Below, piece after piece: positions 1 to 7,633 of a DNA stretch of 64,000 nucleotides (its first letter is position 1; the number at the start of each line of letters is the position of its first letter). The notes beneath the pieces are model-generated. The model did no database searches, was not told the DNA's origin, and saw only the letters and a program-made list of their open reading frames with translations. Source of the stretch: Thermoanaerobaculia bacterium (GTDB lineage: Bacteria > Acidobacteriota > Thermoanaerobaculia > UBA5066); NCBI GenBank assembly GCA_038245905.1, contig JBBRRY010000015.1, positions 14,611 to 78,610 on the forward strand, read 5' to 3'. Position numbers and translations under genes: made by a program.

Positions 1-477
1 GCTGCGGTGGTTCATCACGAAGACCACTGCCGAGCCGTCCGGAATGGCCGCCAGCCCCGCGTCGTCCGCCGAGCCGATGCGCACCCGGTAGAGCGTCCGG
101 GCGACGGCGCGCGCCACCGCATAGCCGGCGCGGAAGTAGATCCAGGCGTTGAACGCGGGGACGATCTCCGTCGCATAGCGACGGACGCGCTTCTGCACCT
201 CCTCGCGCGGTGCGCCCGTTTCCCTCGCGAACGCCTCGGCGGCCTCGAGGACCTTCGGGTCGAAGCGAAGCTGTTCCACGAGGACTTCTCGCTTCGTGAG
301 CTTGAAGGACGGGATGCGCAGGGGCAGCCGCGTGTTCAGCTCGTCGATGACGCGGTTCGCGCGGCGGCGGAGCACGGCGCGCATCGCGGGCCGGAGCAGC
401 CGGTCGACGACCGCCCAGCCCGCGAGGAGGGCCAGGAGGGCGAACGCCCAGACGGGGAGAGAGACCGTCGCGTGCAT
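1..477 (-). CDS. Membrane acyltransferase (PlsB/PlsC-type glycerolipid acyltransferase), partial; C-terminus lies outside the window
   Basis: Absent from the ORF track because it runs off the left edge. Reverse-strand translation from the ATG at comp(475..477) gives MHATVSLPVWAFALLALLAGWAVVDRLLRP...IPDGSAVVFVMNHRS. This is an N-terminal TM helix followed, at the window edge, by the start of the acyltransferase H(X)4D box (NHRS..). Confidence 0.6.
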   Translation of the reverse strand, partial: MHATVSLPVWAFALLALLAGWAVVDRLLRPAMRAVLRRRANRVIDELNTRLPLRIPSFKLTKREVLVEQLRFDPKVLEAAEAFARETGAPREEVQKRVRRYATEIVPAFNAWIYFRAGYAVARAVARTLYRVRIGSADDAGLAAIPDGSAVVFVMNHRS

Positions 478-533
478 GGTTCGGGGGTCGCCCCGATTGT
501 GTCAGAGGGCGCGAGTCGCGGTCTAATTGACGA

Positions 534-1598
534 ATGAAGACGCTCGCGCTCGCGGCGGCGCTCGCCGCATGTTCCGCCTCCGCCCAGATCGTGCCGCAGC
601 CCCAGGTACCGGGCGACGCCGTTGTCCGGGACTTCCGGTTCGCGAACGGAGAGACTCTTCCCGAGCTAAAGATTCACTACGTCACGATCGGGCGGAAGCT
701 CGACGATGGGCGAGGGCGCACGACGAACGCCGTCCTCGTCCTGCACGGGACGGGCGGCTCGTCGGCCCAGTTTCTCGGCCCGAATTTCGCGGGCGTTCTG
801 TTCGGGCCGGGTCAGCCGCTCGACGCGTCGCGCTACTTCATCGTGATCCCGGACGGTGTCGGCCACGGCGCCTCGTCGAAGCCGAGCAACGGCCTGAAGG
901 CGAAGTTCCCCCGCTATACATACGACGACATGGTCAAGGCGCAATACCGGCTCCTGACCGAGTCCCTCTCGGTGGACCACCTCAGGCTCGTGATCGGGAC
1001 CTCGATGGGCGGCATGCAGACGTGGATGTGGGGCGAGACGTACCCCGCCTTCATGGACGCCCTTCTGCCTCTCGCGAGCCTACCGAACGCGATCGCGGGC
1101 CGGAACCACATGTGGCGAAAGATGGCGATGGACCTCATTCGCGAGGACCCCGAGTGGAAGGGCGGCAACTACGACGCACAGCCGCGTGGGCTCAAGGGGG
1201 CGCTTGCGCTCCTACTCGTTCTGTCGGGCAGCCCGCACCAGTGGATGCGGCAGGCGCCCGACCTGGCGGCCGCCGACGCTGCGGTTGAAGGCTACATGAA
1301 GGACCGATTCGCGAAGGTCGACGCGAACGACCTGCTCTTCGCGCTCGACGCATCCCGCGACTACGACCCGTCCCCGCGCCTGGAGAGGATCCAAGCGGCG
1401 CTCCTGGCGCTCAACTTCGCGGACGACGCCATCAACCCGCCCGAGCTCGGCCTTCTCGAAAAGGGCGTGGCGCGCGTCAAGAACGGGCAGGCCGTGGTCT
1501 TCCCGCTCTCGGAAAAGACGCGCGGCCACCAGACACACACCTGGCCGGACCTTTGGAAAACTTACCTCTCCGAGCTGCTTGCTCGCTCGAAGAGGTAA
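534..1598 (+). CDS. Secreted alpha/beta-fold hydrolase (homoserine O-acetyltransferase/MetX-like family)
   Basis: Signal peptide MKTLALAAALAACSASAQ. Contains VLVLHGTGGS and a nucleophile elbow GTSMGGMQTW (GxSxG). Length and layout resemble MetX-like hydrolases. Confidence 0.8.
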   Translation: MKTLALAAALAACSASAQIVPQPQVPGDAVVRDFRFANGETLPELKIHYVTIGRKLDDGRGRTTNAVLVLHGTGGSSAQFLGPNFAGVLFGPGQPLDASRYFIVIPDGVGHGASSKPSNGLKAKFPRYTYDDMVKAQYRLLTESLSVDHLRLVIGTSMGGMQTWMWGETYPAFMDALLPLASLPNAIAGRNHMWRKMAMDLIREDPEWKGGNYDAQPRGLKGALALLLVLSGSPHQWMRQAPDLAAADAAVEGYMKDRFAKVDANDLLFALDASRDYDPSPRLERIQAALLALNFADDAINPPELGLLEKGVARVKNGQAVVFPLSEKTRGHQTHTWPDLWKTYLSELLARSKR

Positions 1599-1636
1599 GT
1601 GAAGGTCTCAGTCAGGTCAGAGCCGGCCGGCGCGAA

Positions 1637-2029
1637 TCACCTGTAGATGAGGCGCTCGTGCGACCAGTGGCCAGGGTAGTAACGAGTTCCGCCGCGCACC
1701 CTCTGGTAGCGGGGAGCGATCCAGCGCGCGCGGGCGCGCGGCCGTTCGAACCAGCGGCCGTCGTTCCAGCTCCAGTCCGTACCCGTGTGGTTCCAATACC
1801 CGCCCTGCCATACGTGATTCGGGCCCGGCCGCGCGATGCGGACTTCGTGGCGGCGCTCCGGTGGAGCCTGCGGGACGATGCGGACGTGCAGATCGCCCAT
1901 CATCGGGGGCGCGGGCATCCCGGGCGGCACGGGGGGGTGAGGCTGCGCGATCGCCGTCCCCGCGAAGGGCAAGGCGGCCGCCAGCACGAGGAGAGCGGCG
2001 GAGAGAGTGAGATGTTTGGTTTTTCTCAT
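1637..2029 (-). CDS. Small secreted WxxGxW/YxWGxW-repeat protein
   Basis: Internal ATG at comp(2027..2029) of the 291-aa track ORF gives 130 aa starting MRKTKHLTLSAALLVLAAALPFAGTAIAQP (signal peptide). This is followed by repeated HVWQGGYW, WSWNDGRW and YYPGHW motifs. The upstream part of the track ORF overlaps the STAS gene antisense and looks non-coding. Confidence 0.7.
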   Translation of the reverse strand: MRKTKHLTLSAALLVLAAALPFAGTAIAQPHPPVPPGMPAPPMMGDLHVRIVPQAPPERRHEVRIARPGPNHVWQGGYWNHTGTDWSWNDGRWFERPRARARWIAPRYQRVRGGTRYYPGHWSHERLIYR

Positions 2030-2128
2030 GACTGAGACTCTGCAAGCCTCAGGCCAGAAGGCGACGCTGTGCGGGTCAGAACGCTGGCTTTCGCACCGGC
2101 CTTCTGACATCCTCCGCCCACAAACCCG

Positions 2129-2464
2129 ATGGATCTCTCGCTCCACGAAGACGGAAGTGTCACGGTCGTCACGCTTTCTGGCGACCTCATCATCGGCGAC
2201 GCTGAGGCCGTGTTCAAGAAGACCGTGAGCCGTCTTCTCGAGGAAGGCAAAGTGCAGCTCGTCGTCGATTGCGGAGGCCTCAGATACGTCGATTCGTCCG
2301 GCCTCGGCGCTCTCGTACGCGCGCTCACGACGTCGCAGCACGAGGGCGGCGGGACGAAGCTCCTGGGGGTCCCGTCGTCGCTGCGGAAGCTTCTCGAGCT
2401 GACGAAGCTGGATTCCGTCTTCGAGATGTTCGAACAGCGCGACGAGGCCGTCTCGAGCTTCTAG
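2129..2464 (+). CDS. STAS-domain protein (anti-sigma-factor antagonist, SpoIIAA/RsbV-like)
   Basis: 111 aa. VVTLSGDLIIGDAE...LVVDCGGLRYVDSSGLGALV carries the conserved DSSGL phospho-serine motif typical of STAS antagonists. Confidence 0.85.
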   Translation: MDLSLHEDGSVTVVTLSGDLIIGDAEAVFKKTVSRLLEEGKVQLVVDCGGLRYVDSSGLGALVRALTTSQHEGGGTKLLGVPSSLRKLLELTKLDSVFEMFEQRDEAVSSF

Positions 2465-2491
2465 ATCGCCGGCGCTCCGGCGCCGGAAACG

Positions 2492-4912
2492 GTGCACATG
2501 GGTGACGTCCACGGAACGGGCCGGACCTCCGAAGCCGAATCCGGCGTTCTCGGAGAGCTCGCGCGCTGCGAGACCGTCGCGCAGAAGGCGGCATGGGCCG
2601 CACGCTGGTGCGCGCGACTCTCCGGAGCGGACATCGCGCTAGTCTTCTGCGTCGACGCGCCCTCCGGCGGGTGGATCGCCCTCGGCGCTTCCGGCGAAGG
2701 CGCGGCGAAGAGCCTTCGCCGCGTCATCCCACGGGATGCGGGCGTCGCGCGGGATGCCGCGCGCAGTCGCGCGCTCCGCGTGATGCGCCGCGACGATGCC
2801 GCTTTCGTTTCCGATCCGATCGTGTCCCTACTCCCGGGGGGCTCCGGATCTGTCCTCATCGCCCCGCTTCTTCTCGACAAGGGTGCGGCCGGCGTGGCGG
2901 CGCTCTCCTTCCGTCAGGAGCCGGCGGCAGAGCGGATCGGGCGGCTCGAAGCCTTCCTGCCCGACGCCGCCGCGGCACTCGATCGCGCGCAGCTCGCGGA
3001 ACGCAAGACGGCCGGGCACCTTTTTGCCATCGAGCGTCTCACGAACCTGTACGACGTCGCGAAAGCGTTCGGCTCGACGATCGATCTGGAAGACCTGTCC
3101 GGACTCATCGCCCGGAAGGCCGCGGACTTCGTGGCGGCCGAGGTCGCGTCGTTCTGGCTTTTCGACTCCGAGGCGGGTGAAGTCTCTCTGGCGGCGACGG
3201 CTCTCAACGAGAACTACGAGATACCGAATCCGCCCGAGTCCATCGGCGGGTCCATCGTCGGGGCCGTCCTCGCGGACCGAACGATCCTGAGAAACAGCGC
3301 GCTCGCGGACGACGATCCCCTCCGGCACGCCGATCCGCCCTTCGAGACACGCTCTGTGCTCGCCGTGCCGCTCGTCGAGGACGACTCTCCGGTCGGCGTC
3401 CTCGTCGCCGCCAACAAGCGCGGGCGCCGCCCGGAGTTCACCGCGGCGGACGAGGAGCTACTCGTCGACGTCGCCCGGCAAGCCGTCGCCGCCTTGCGTA
3501 ACGCGCGGCAGTACGAGGCCGAGAAGAAAGTCGAGGAACTGGACGCCCTCCTCGCGGTGAGCCACGAGATCACCTCGACGCTCGACCTCGACAAGGTGAT
3601 GCGGACGATCGTCAACGGAGCGTCGGCCCTGATCCGTTACGACCTTTGCGCAATCGCGATCCTTCAGCGGGGGAAGCTGCGGATTGGGGCGGTCTCAGGG
3701 GCGTTGGACGTGGACCGGAAAGAGCCGTCGGTTCGGCGGACCGAGGCGCTCCTCGAGTGGGTCTTCTTCGGCGGCTCCGACGTCGCCGTCACGCGCCGCG
3801 AGGACGGCACCATCGCCACCGACCGCCCGGAGACAGAGGAGAAGTTCCGCGCGTTCTTCGACGAGAGCGGCCGCAACGCGTTCTACGGAGTCCTGCTCGA
3901 GGACGACGAGGGAAAACTTGGCGTTCTCGGCTTCGAGTCGACGGAGCCCCTCGAGTTCGAGGCGGAGACCCGGGATCTCCTCCGGATCCTCGTCAACCAG
4001 GCCACCGTGGCCGTCCGCAATGCCCAGCTCTACCAGCAGGTTCCCCTGCCTGGCTTCCTCCGGCCTCTCGCGGAGCGGACACGGAAGCTGCGGGAGCAGC
4101 CCGGCAACCGCGCCCGGCGATGGGTGCTCGGGAGCGCTGGTGCCATGGTCCTTTTGGCCGTCCTGCCGTGGAATGTGAGGGTGTCCGGGCCCGCGCGGGT
4201 CGTGCCGGGCCGGCGGATCCCGGTCACGGCGTCCGTGGAAGGCGTCGTCGAGAGCGTGGCGCATCGCGAGGGGGATGCCGTCGTCGCCGGGGCCGTCCTC
4301 GCGACGCTTCGCGACGACGCCTACCGCGCCGCGGCGGCAGAGGCGCGCGCGGCCGAACAGATCGCCGACTCCGAGGTCTCCCGGCACCGCGCCGAGGGAA
4401 ACGCTCCCGCACTTTTCCAGTCCGCCGCCCGCCGCGACGAATTGCGGGCGCGCGCGGCTCTCGCGGAGGAGAAGCTCGAGAGGACGCGCCTCCGCGCGCC
4501 CGAGGCCGGCATCATCCTGACGCCACGGCTCGAGGAGCGCCTCGGCCAGCTCCTTCCCGCCGGCGCCGAGTTCGCGGTCCTCGCCGAGACGTCCGCCGTC
4601 CTCGTCGAGGTGGCCGTGCCGGAACGGGATGCGTCGCTCCTCGCCGCCGGGCAGAGGGTCGACGTCAAGCTGAACTCATATCCCGCGGCGACGTTCCACG
4701 GGACCGTCGCCCGCCTCGGCGCCGTCGTCCGCGAGGAAGGTGAGGAGCGTTTCGTCATCGCCGAGGCGCGCGTCGAGAACGCGGACGCGCTGCTCCGGCC
4801 CGGAATGCTCGGGAAAGCCAAAGTTTCGACGGGACGCCAGCGGCTTCTCCGCGCCCTCCTCCGCAAGCCGGCGCGCTGGTTCTGGGTACGGCTCTGGCCT
4901 CTCCTGCCGTGA
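2492..4912 (+). CDS. Triple-GAF sensor fused through one TM helix to a HlyD-type membrane fusion (periplasmic adaptor) domain
   Basis: GTG start. Three GAF-type endings are visible: VLIAPLLLDKGAAGVAALSF; SVLAVPLVEDDSPVGVLVAANKRG..ARQAVAALRNARQY; FYGVLLEDDEGKLGVLGFES..VNQATVAVRNAQLY. A TM segment follows (WVLGSAGAMVLLAVLPW). The C-terminus is an HlyD barrel-sandwich/coiled-coil region (VTASVEGVVESVAHREGDAVVAGAVLATL...LRAPEAGIIL...GMLGKAKV). Confidence 0.8.
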   Translation: MHMGDVHGTGRTSEAESGVLGELARCETVAQKAAWAARWCARLSGADIALVFCVDAPSGGWIALGASGEGAAKSLRRVIPRDAGVARDAARSRALRVMRRDDAAFVSDPIVSLLPGGSGSVLIAPLLLDKGAAGVAALSFRQEPAAERIGRLEAFLPDAAAALDRAQLAERKTAGHLFAIERLTNLYDVAKAFGSTIDLEDLSGLIARKAADFVAAEVASFWLFDSEAGEVSLAATALNENYEIPNPPESIGGSIVGAVLADRTILRNSALADDDPLRHADPPFETRSVLAVPLVEDDSPVGVLVAANKRGRRPEFTAADEELLVDVARQAVAALRNARQYEAEKKVEELDALLAVSHEITSTLDLDKVMRTIVNGASALIRYDLCAIAILQRGKLRIGAVSGALDVDRKEPSVRRTEALLEWVFFGGSDVAVTRREDGTIATDRPETEEKFRAFFDESGRNAFYGVLLEDDEGKLGVLGFESTEPLEFEAETRDLLRILVNQATVAVRNAQLYQQVPLPGFLRPLAERTRKLREQPGNRARRWVLGSAGAMVLLAVLPWNVRVSGPARVVPGRRIPVTASVEGVVESVAHREGDAVVAGAVLATLRDDAYRAAAAEARAAEQIADSEVSRHRAEGNAPALFQSAARRDELRARAALAEEKLERTRLRAPEAGIILTPRLEERLGQLLPAGAEFAVLAETSAVLVEVAVPERDASLLAAGQRVDVKLNSYPAATFHGTVARLGAVVREEGEERFVIAEARVENADALLRPGMLGKAKVSTGRQRLLRALLRKPARWFWVRLWPLLP

Positions 4913-7104
4913 GCGCAGCTGCGCCGGACCCGGTCTCGCGGTACGTTGCGGCCGCCCGCGGCGGACGCGGCGCGGCGGCTCTCGCCGCGCGCCACACCCC
5001 TCGGCAGGACCACCCCGCCCTTCGGGCGGACCTCGTCATCCGCCGCCAGGTGCGAATCGGCGAGGTCACCTGGGTCGTCAAGCAACCGGAGGCGAACAAG
5101 TTCTACAACTTCGAGGACGCCGACTGGACCCTCATCGAGCTTTTCGACGGAACGCGGAGTCTCACTGAAATCCGCGAGGAGTACTGCCGGCGGGTCCCGG
5201 GAGGCGAGATCGCCTTCACCCTCATCCTCGACTACCAGGAGATGCTGCAAAGGATCGAGTTCCTGGAGCAGTCGGCGGCCGAGAAGAACCTCCAGCTCCT
5301 GTCGAAGTTCAAGACCCTGAGGCAGAAAGCGGCGGAGGAGCGCGCGGAGGGTTTCAACATCCTCTTCATGCTCTTCAAGGTCTTCGACCCCGACCGGATC
5401 CTCAATCGGACGATCCGGTACGTCCGCTGGCTCTGGAGTCCCCCCGTCGTCGCGGTCGCCTGTGTCGCGTTCCTCTTCACGATCGGTGTCTTCGCGGCGC
5501 GCTTCGACACGATCTGGGCCCAGACGATCGAGCTCTACTCGTTCCTGAGAAAGCCGTTCTGGGACTTCGTCCAATTCTGGGTCATCCTGACCACGATCGG
5601 CTGCATCCACGAGTTCGGTCATGGCTATGCCACGAAGATGTACGGGGGCGAGGTCCATGACATGGGGATCGCCCTCCTCTACTTCATGCCTGCCTTTTAC
5701 TGCGACACGACGGACTCGCTCCTCTTCCCGAGCAAGTGGCAGAAGCTGACGGTCACGGTGGCGGGGATCTACATCGAGGCGATCCTCTGCACGATCGCGA
5801 CGGCGCTCTGGGTGGCGAGCTACCCCGACACGCTTCTCCACGAGCTGGCCTACAAGACGATGCTCTTCACCGGGGTCTCGACGATCTTCTTCAACATCAA
5901 CCCCCTCGTGAAGATCGACGGCTACTACGCGCTTTGCAGCCTCACCGAGATCCCGGAGCTGCGCGAGGAGTCTTTCCGCTGGATGGGCGCGATCTTCCAG
6001 CGCCACATCCTCCGCCTGAACGTCGAGGTGCCGGTCGTGTCGCGGCGGAAGAGGCGGATCTTCCTGATCTACGGTCCGCTCGCGCTGGGCTACATCGGTT
6101 TCATCATGGCGTTCATCACGAAGCTCCTCGACAACTTCTACTCGAAGGTCGTCCCGGAGCTGGCCGTCGTCCTCCTCCTCGTCACGCTCTACTTCTTCTT
6201 CCGGAAGAGGGTCCGCCTCGTCCTCCGGATCTCCCGCCTCTTCTATCTCGACAAGAAGGAGCTCGTCATGTCGCCGCGCGCCCGTCTCCCTCTCCTTGCT
6301 GCCGCCGCCGGCCTCGTCCTCTTTCTCGCCGTCCCCTGGGGCCGGCGGACGATCAGGATGGACGCCGTCCTCGAGCCCGCCGCGTCGGTGAAGGTCGAGG
6401 CCCCGGAGGACGGAGTCGTGCGGGAGGTCTTCGCGCGCGAAGGGGACATCCTGCGGGCGGGCCAACCGCTTTTCCGGATCGAGAGCCCCGGCGTCGTGGC
6501 CGATTCCGCGTCCCTCTCGGCCCGCCGCGCGGGGGCTGCCGACGAGATGGGAAGGAGCTTCCGGTCCGGAGACGCCGGGGAGGTCTATCGGGCCGAGCGG
6601 AAGGAGGGGGCGGCCGCAGCCGGTCTTGCCCTCGACACGGCGCGCACGGCGCGACTCTCCGTGCTCAGCCCGATGGACGGGCGTCTCCTTTCGGAAGGCG
6701 CGGAAAACCTCGTCGGCAGGTGGGTTACGGCAGGAACCGTTCTCGGAACAGTTGGCGCCACGCGGCAGCTCACGGCAGTATTCCCGGTCTCGGAGCGCCT
6801 TCTGACAGACCTTGTGGTCGGAGCGCCGGTTTCGGTGCAGCTTCGCGCGCGCCCGTTCCACATCCTCCACGGCACGATTGTTTCCATAGCTCCCGCGTCT
6901 CAGGCCGCTTCGTCCGACACCCCCCCGGCACTCCGCCCGTCCGAAACGCCCGGCCGCATCGTGGCTGTGGCGCGTTTCGAAAATCCCGACGGCAGCCTGA
7001 AGCCGAGGCTCGAAGGGAGGGCGAAGATCAGGGGGCCTCGGAGCTCGCTCCTCGGAGAGGGCTTCCGGATCCTCTCCCGTTGGCTCCGCGCGATCGCCTG
7101 GTGA
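4909..7104 (+). CDS. Tri-domain membrane protein: PqqD-like (RRE-like) N-terminal domain + M50 (site-2 protease family) zinc metalloprotease + C-terminal HlyD-type adaptor domain
   Basis: GTGA start/stop overlap with the upstream gene. N-terminus FYNFEDADWTLIELFDGTRSLTEIREEY...ILDYQEMLQRIEFLE resembles PqqD/RRE domains. M50 motifs are present: IHEFGHGYATKMYGG (HExxH) and FFNINPLVKIDGYY (NxxPxxxxDG), within multiple TM segments. The C-terminus (VKVEAPEDGVVREVFAREGDILRAGQPLFRIESP ... GRAKIRG) is HlyD-like. Confidence 0.8.
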   Translation: MSAAAPDPVSRYVAAARGGRGAAALAARHTPRQDHPALRADLVIRRQVRIGEVTWVVKQPEANKFYNFEDADWTLIELFDGTRSLTEIREEYCRRVPGGEIAFTLILDYQEMLQRIEFLEQSAAEKNLQLLSKFKTLRQKAAEERAEGFNILFMLFKVFDPDRILNRTIRYVRWLWSPPVVAVACVAFLFTIGVFAARFDTIWAQTIELYSFLRKPFWDFVQFWVILTTIGCIHEFGHGYATKMYGGEVHDMGIALLYFMPAFYCDTTDSLLFPSKWQKLTVTVAGIYIEAILCTIATALWVASYPDTLLHELAYKTMLFTGVSTIFFNINPLVKIDGYYALCSLTEIPELREESFRWMGAIFQRHILRLNVEVPVVSRRKRRIFLIYGPLALGYIGFIMAFITKLLDNFYSKVVPELAVVLLLVTLYFFFRKRVRLVLRISRLFYLDKKELVMSPRARLPLLAAAAGLVLFLAVPWGRRTIRMDAVLEPAASVKVEAPEDGVVREVFAREGDILRAGQPLFRIESPGVVADSASLSARRAGAADEMGRSFRSGDAGEVYRAERKEGAAAAGLALDTARTARLSVLSPMDGRLLSEGAENLVGRWVTAGTVLGTVGATRQLTAVFPVSERLLTDLVVGAPVSVQLRARPFHILHGTIVSIAPASQAASSDTPPALRPSETPGRIVAVARFENPDGSLKPRLEGRAKIRGPRSSLLGEGFRILSRWLRAIAW

Positions 7105-7114
7105 CCGTAAACAC

Positions 7115-7142
7115 GAGCGCCCCGGCCGGAGCCGGGGCGCTC
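7115..7142. terminator. Bidirectional stem-loop between convergent genes (M50-HlyD gene and repeat-peptide gene)
   Basis: GAGCGCCCCGGC-CGGA-GCCGGGGCGCTC: a perfect 12-bp GC stem with a 4-nt loop, between the stop at 7104 (+) and the stop at 7165 (-). No clear U-tract on either side. Confidence 0.55.
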
Positions 7143-7164
7143 ATGGACGCGGGGAGATGCGCCG

Positions 7165-7569
7165 TCAGTCGGCGTTGTCCGTCGCCCGCGCGTTCAGGAT
7201 TTTGGGGGCCGCCTGCGTGCGGGCCGCGGTAACGCGGGGGGCCGCCTGCGCGCGGGCCGCGGTAACGCGGGGGGCCGCCTGGGCGCGGGCTGCGGTGACG
7301 CGAGGAGCCGCCTGCGCGCGGGCTGCGGTGACGCGAGGAGCCGCCTGCGCGCGAGCCGCGGTGACGCGAGCGGCTGCCTGCGCGCGCGCCATGTTGACGC
7401 GGGGGGCCGCCTGCACACGGGCGCTCGTGACCTTGGCCGAAGTCGTCGGCGTCATGGCGGGGTTGTTGCCGAGATTGCTGACGCGGATCTCACCGACGGC
7501 CTGACCGGTCGCCTGCTTGATCTTCGCCTTCTGCTCGTCGGTCAGCTTGATCCGTACTTCGTTTGCCAT
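7165..7569 (-). CDS. Small (134 aa) leader-plus-tandem-repeat protein; candidate exported or processed peptide precursor
   Basis: ATG at comp(7567..7569) preceded by GAAAGAGGAGGCCACC, a strong AGGAGG Shine-Dalgarno. N-terminus is MANEVRIKLTDEQKAKIKQATGQAVGEIRVSNLGNNPAMTP. Then come about 8 copies of an 11-aa unit: 4 perfect RVTAARAQAAP plus the variants KVTSARVQAAP, RVNMARAQAAA, RVTAARTQAAP and KILNARATDNAD. A sigma54 promoter lies upstream. The longer track ORF (7165..7638) has a non-coding-looking N-terminal extension. Confidence 0.7.
   Translation of the reverse strand: MANEVRIKLTDEQKAKIKQATGQAVGEIRVSNLGNNPAMTPTTSAKVTSARVQAAPRVNMARAQAAARVTAARAQAAPRVTAARAQAAPRVTAARAQAAPRVTAARAQAAPRVTAARTQAAPKILNARATDNAD
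7204..7434. repeat. Seven tandem copies of a 33-bp unit (encode the 11-aa repeats of the small ORF)
   Basis: Period 33 with unit starts at 7204, 7237, 7270, 7303, 7336, 7369 and 7402. Consensus on the + strand is GGGGCCGCCTGCGCGCGGGCCGCGGTGACGCGG. Central copies differ by only 1-3 nt and outer copies are more diverged. Confidence 0.9.
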
Positions 7570-7633
7570 GGTGGCCTCCTCTTTCTTTCGTTCTTCCGTT
7601 CTCGTTGTCCCTGGCTTGGGGCGCAATCTCAAT

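Noticed and set aside
2085-2097. TGGC...GCAC string upstream of the STAS gene as a second sigma54 promoter
   Set aside because: The GG-to-GC spacing does not fit GG-N10-GC, and there is no TTGC element.
4321-6870. 849-aa minus-strand ORF antisense to the GAF-HlyD and M50-HlyD genes
   Set aside because: The translation is Arg/Glu/Asp/Pro low-complexity, typical of wrong-frame reading in high-GC DNA. The plus-strand frames carry clear HExxH/NxxPxxxxDG and HlyD motifs.
7204-7434. Possible CRISPR array (regular 33-bp period)
   Set aside because: The units are contiguous with no spacers, lie inside a coding frame, and no cas genes are nearby. This is a tandem repeat, not a CRISPR array.
7157-7504. 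115-aa plus-strand ORF (AVTRGAACARA repeats) mirroring the repeat gene
   Set aside because: It is simply the antisense reading of the 33-bp array. It has no RBS or promoter. The minus-strand ORF has a strong AGGAGG RBS, a normal-composition N-terminus and a sigma54 promoter.
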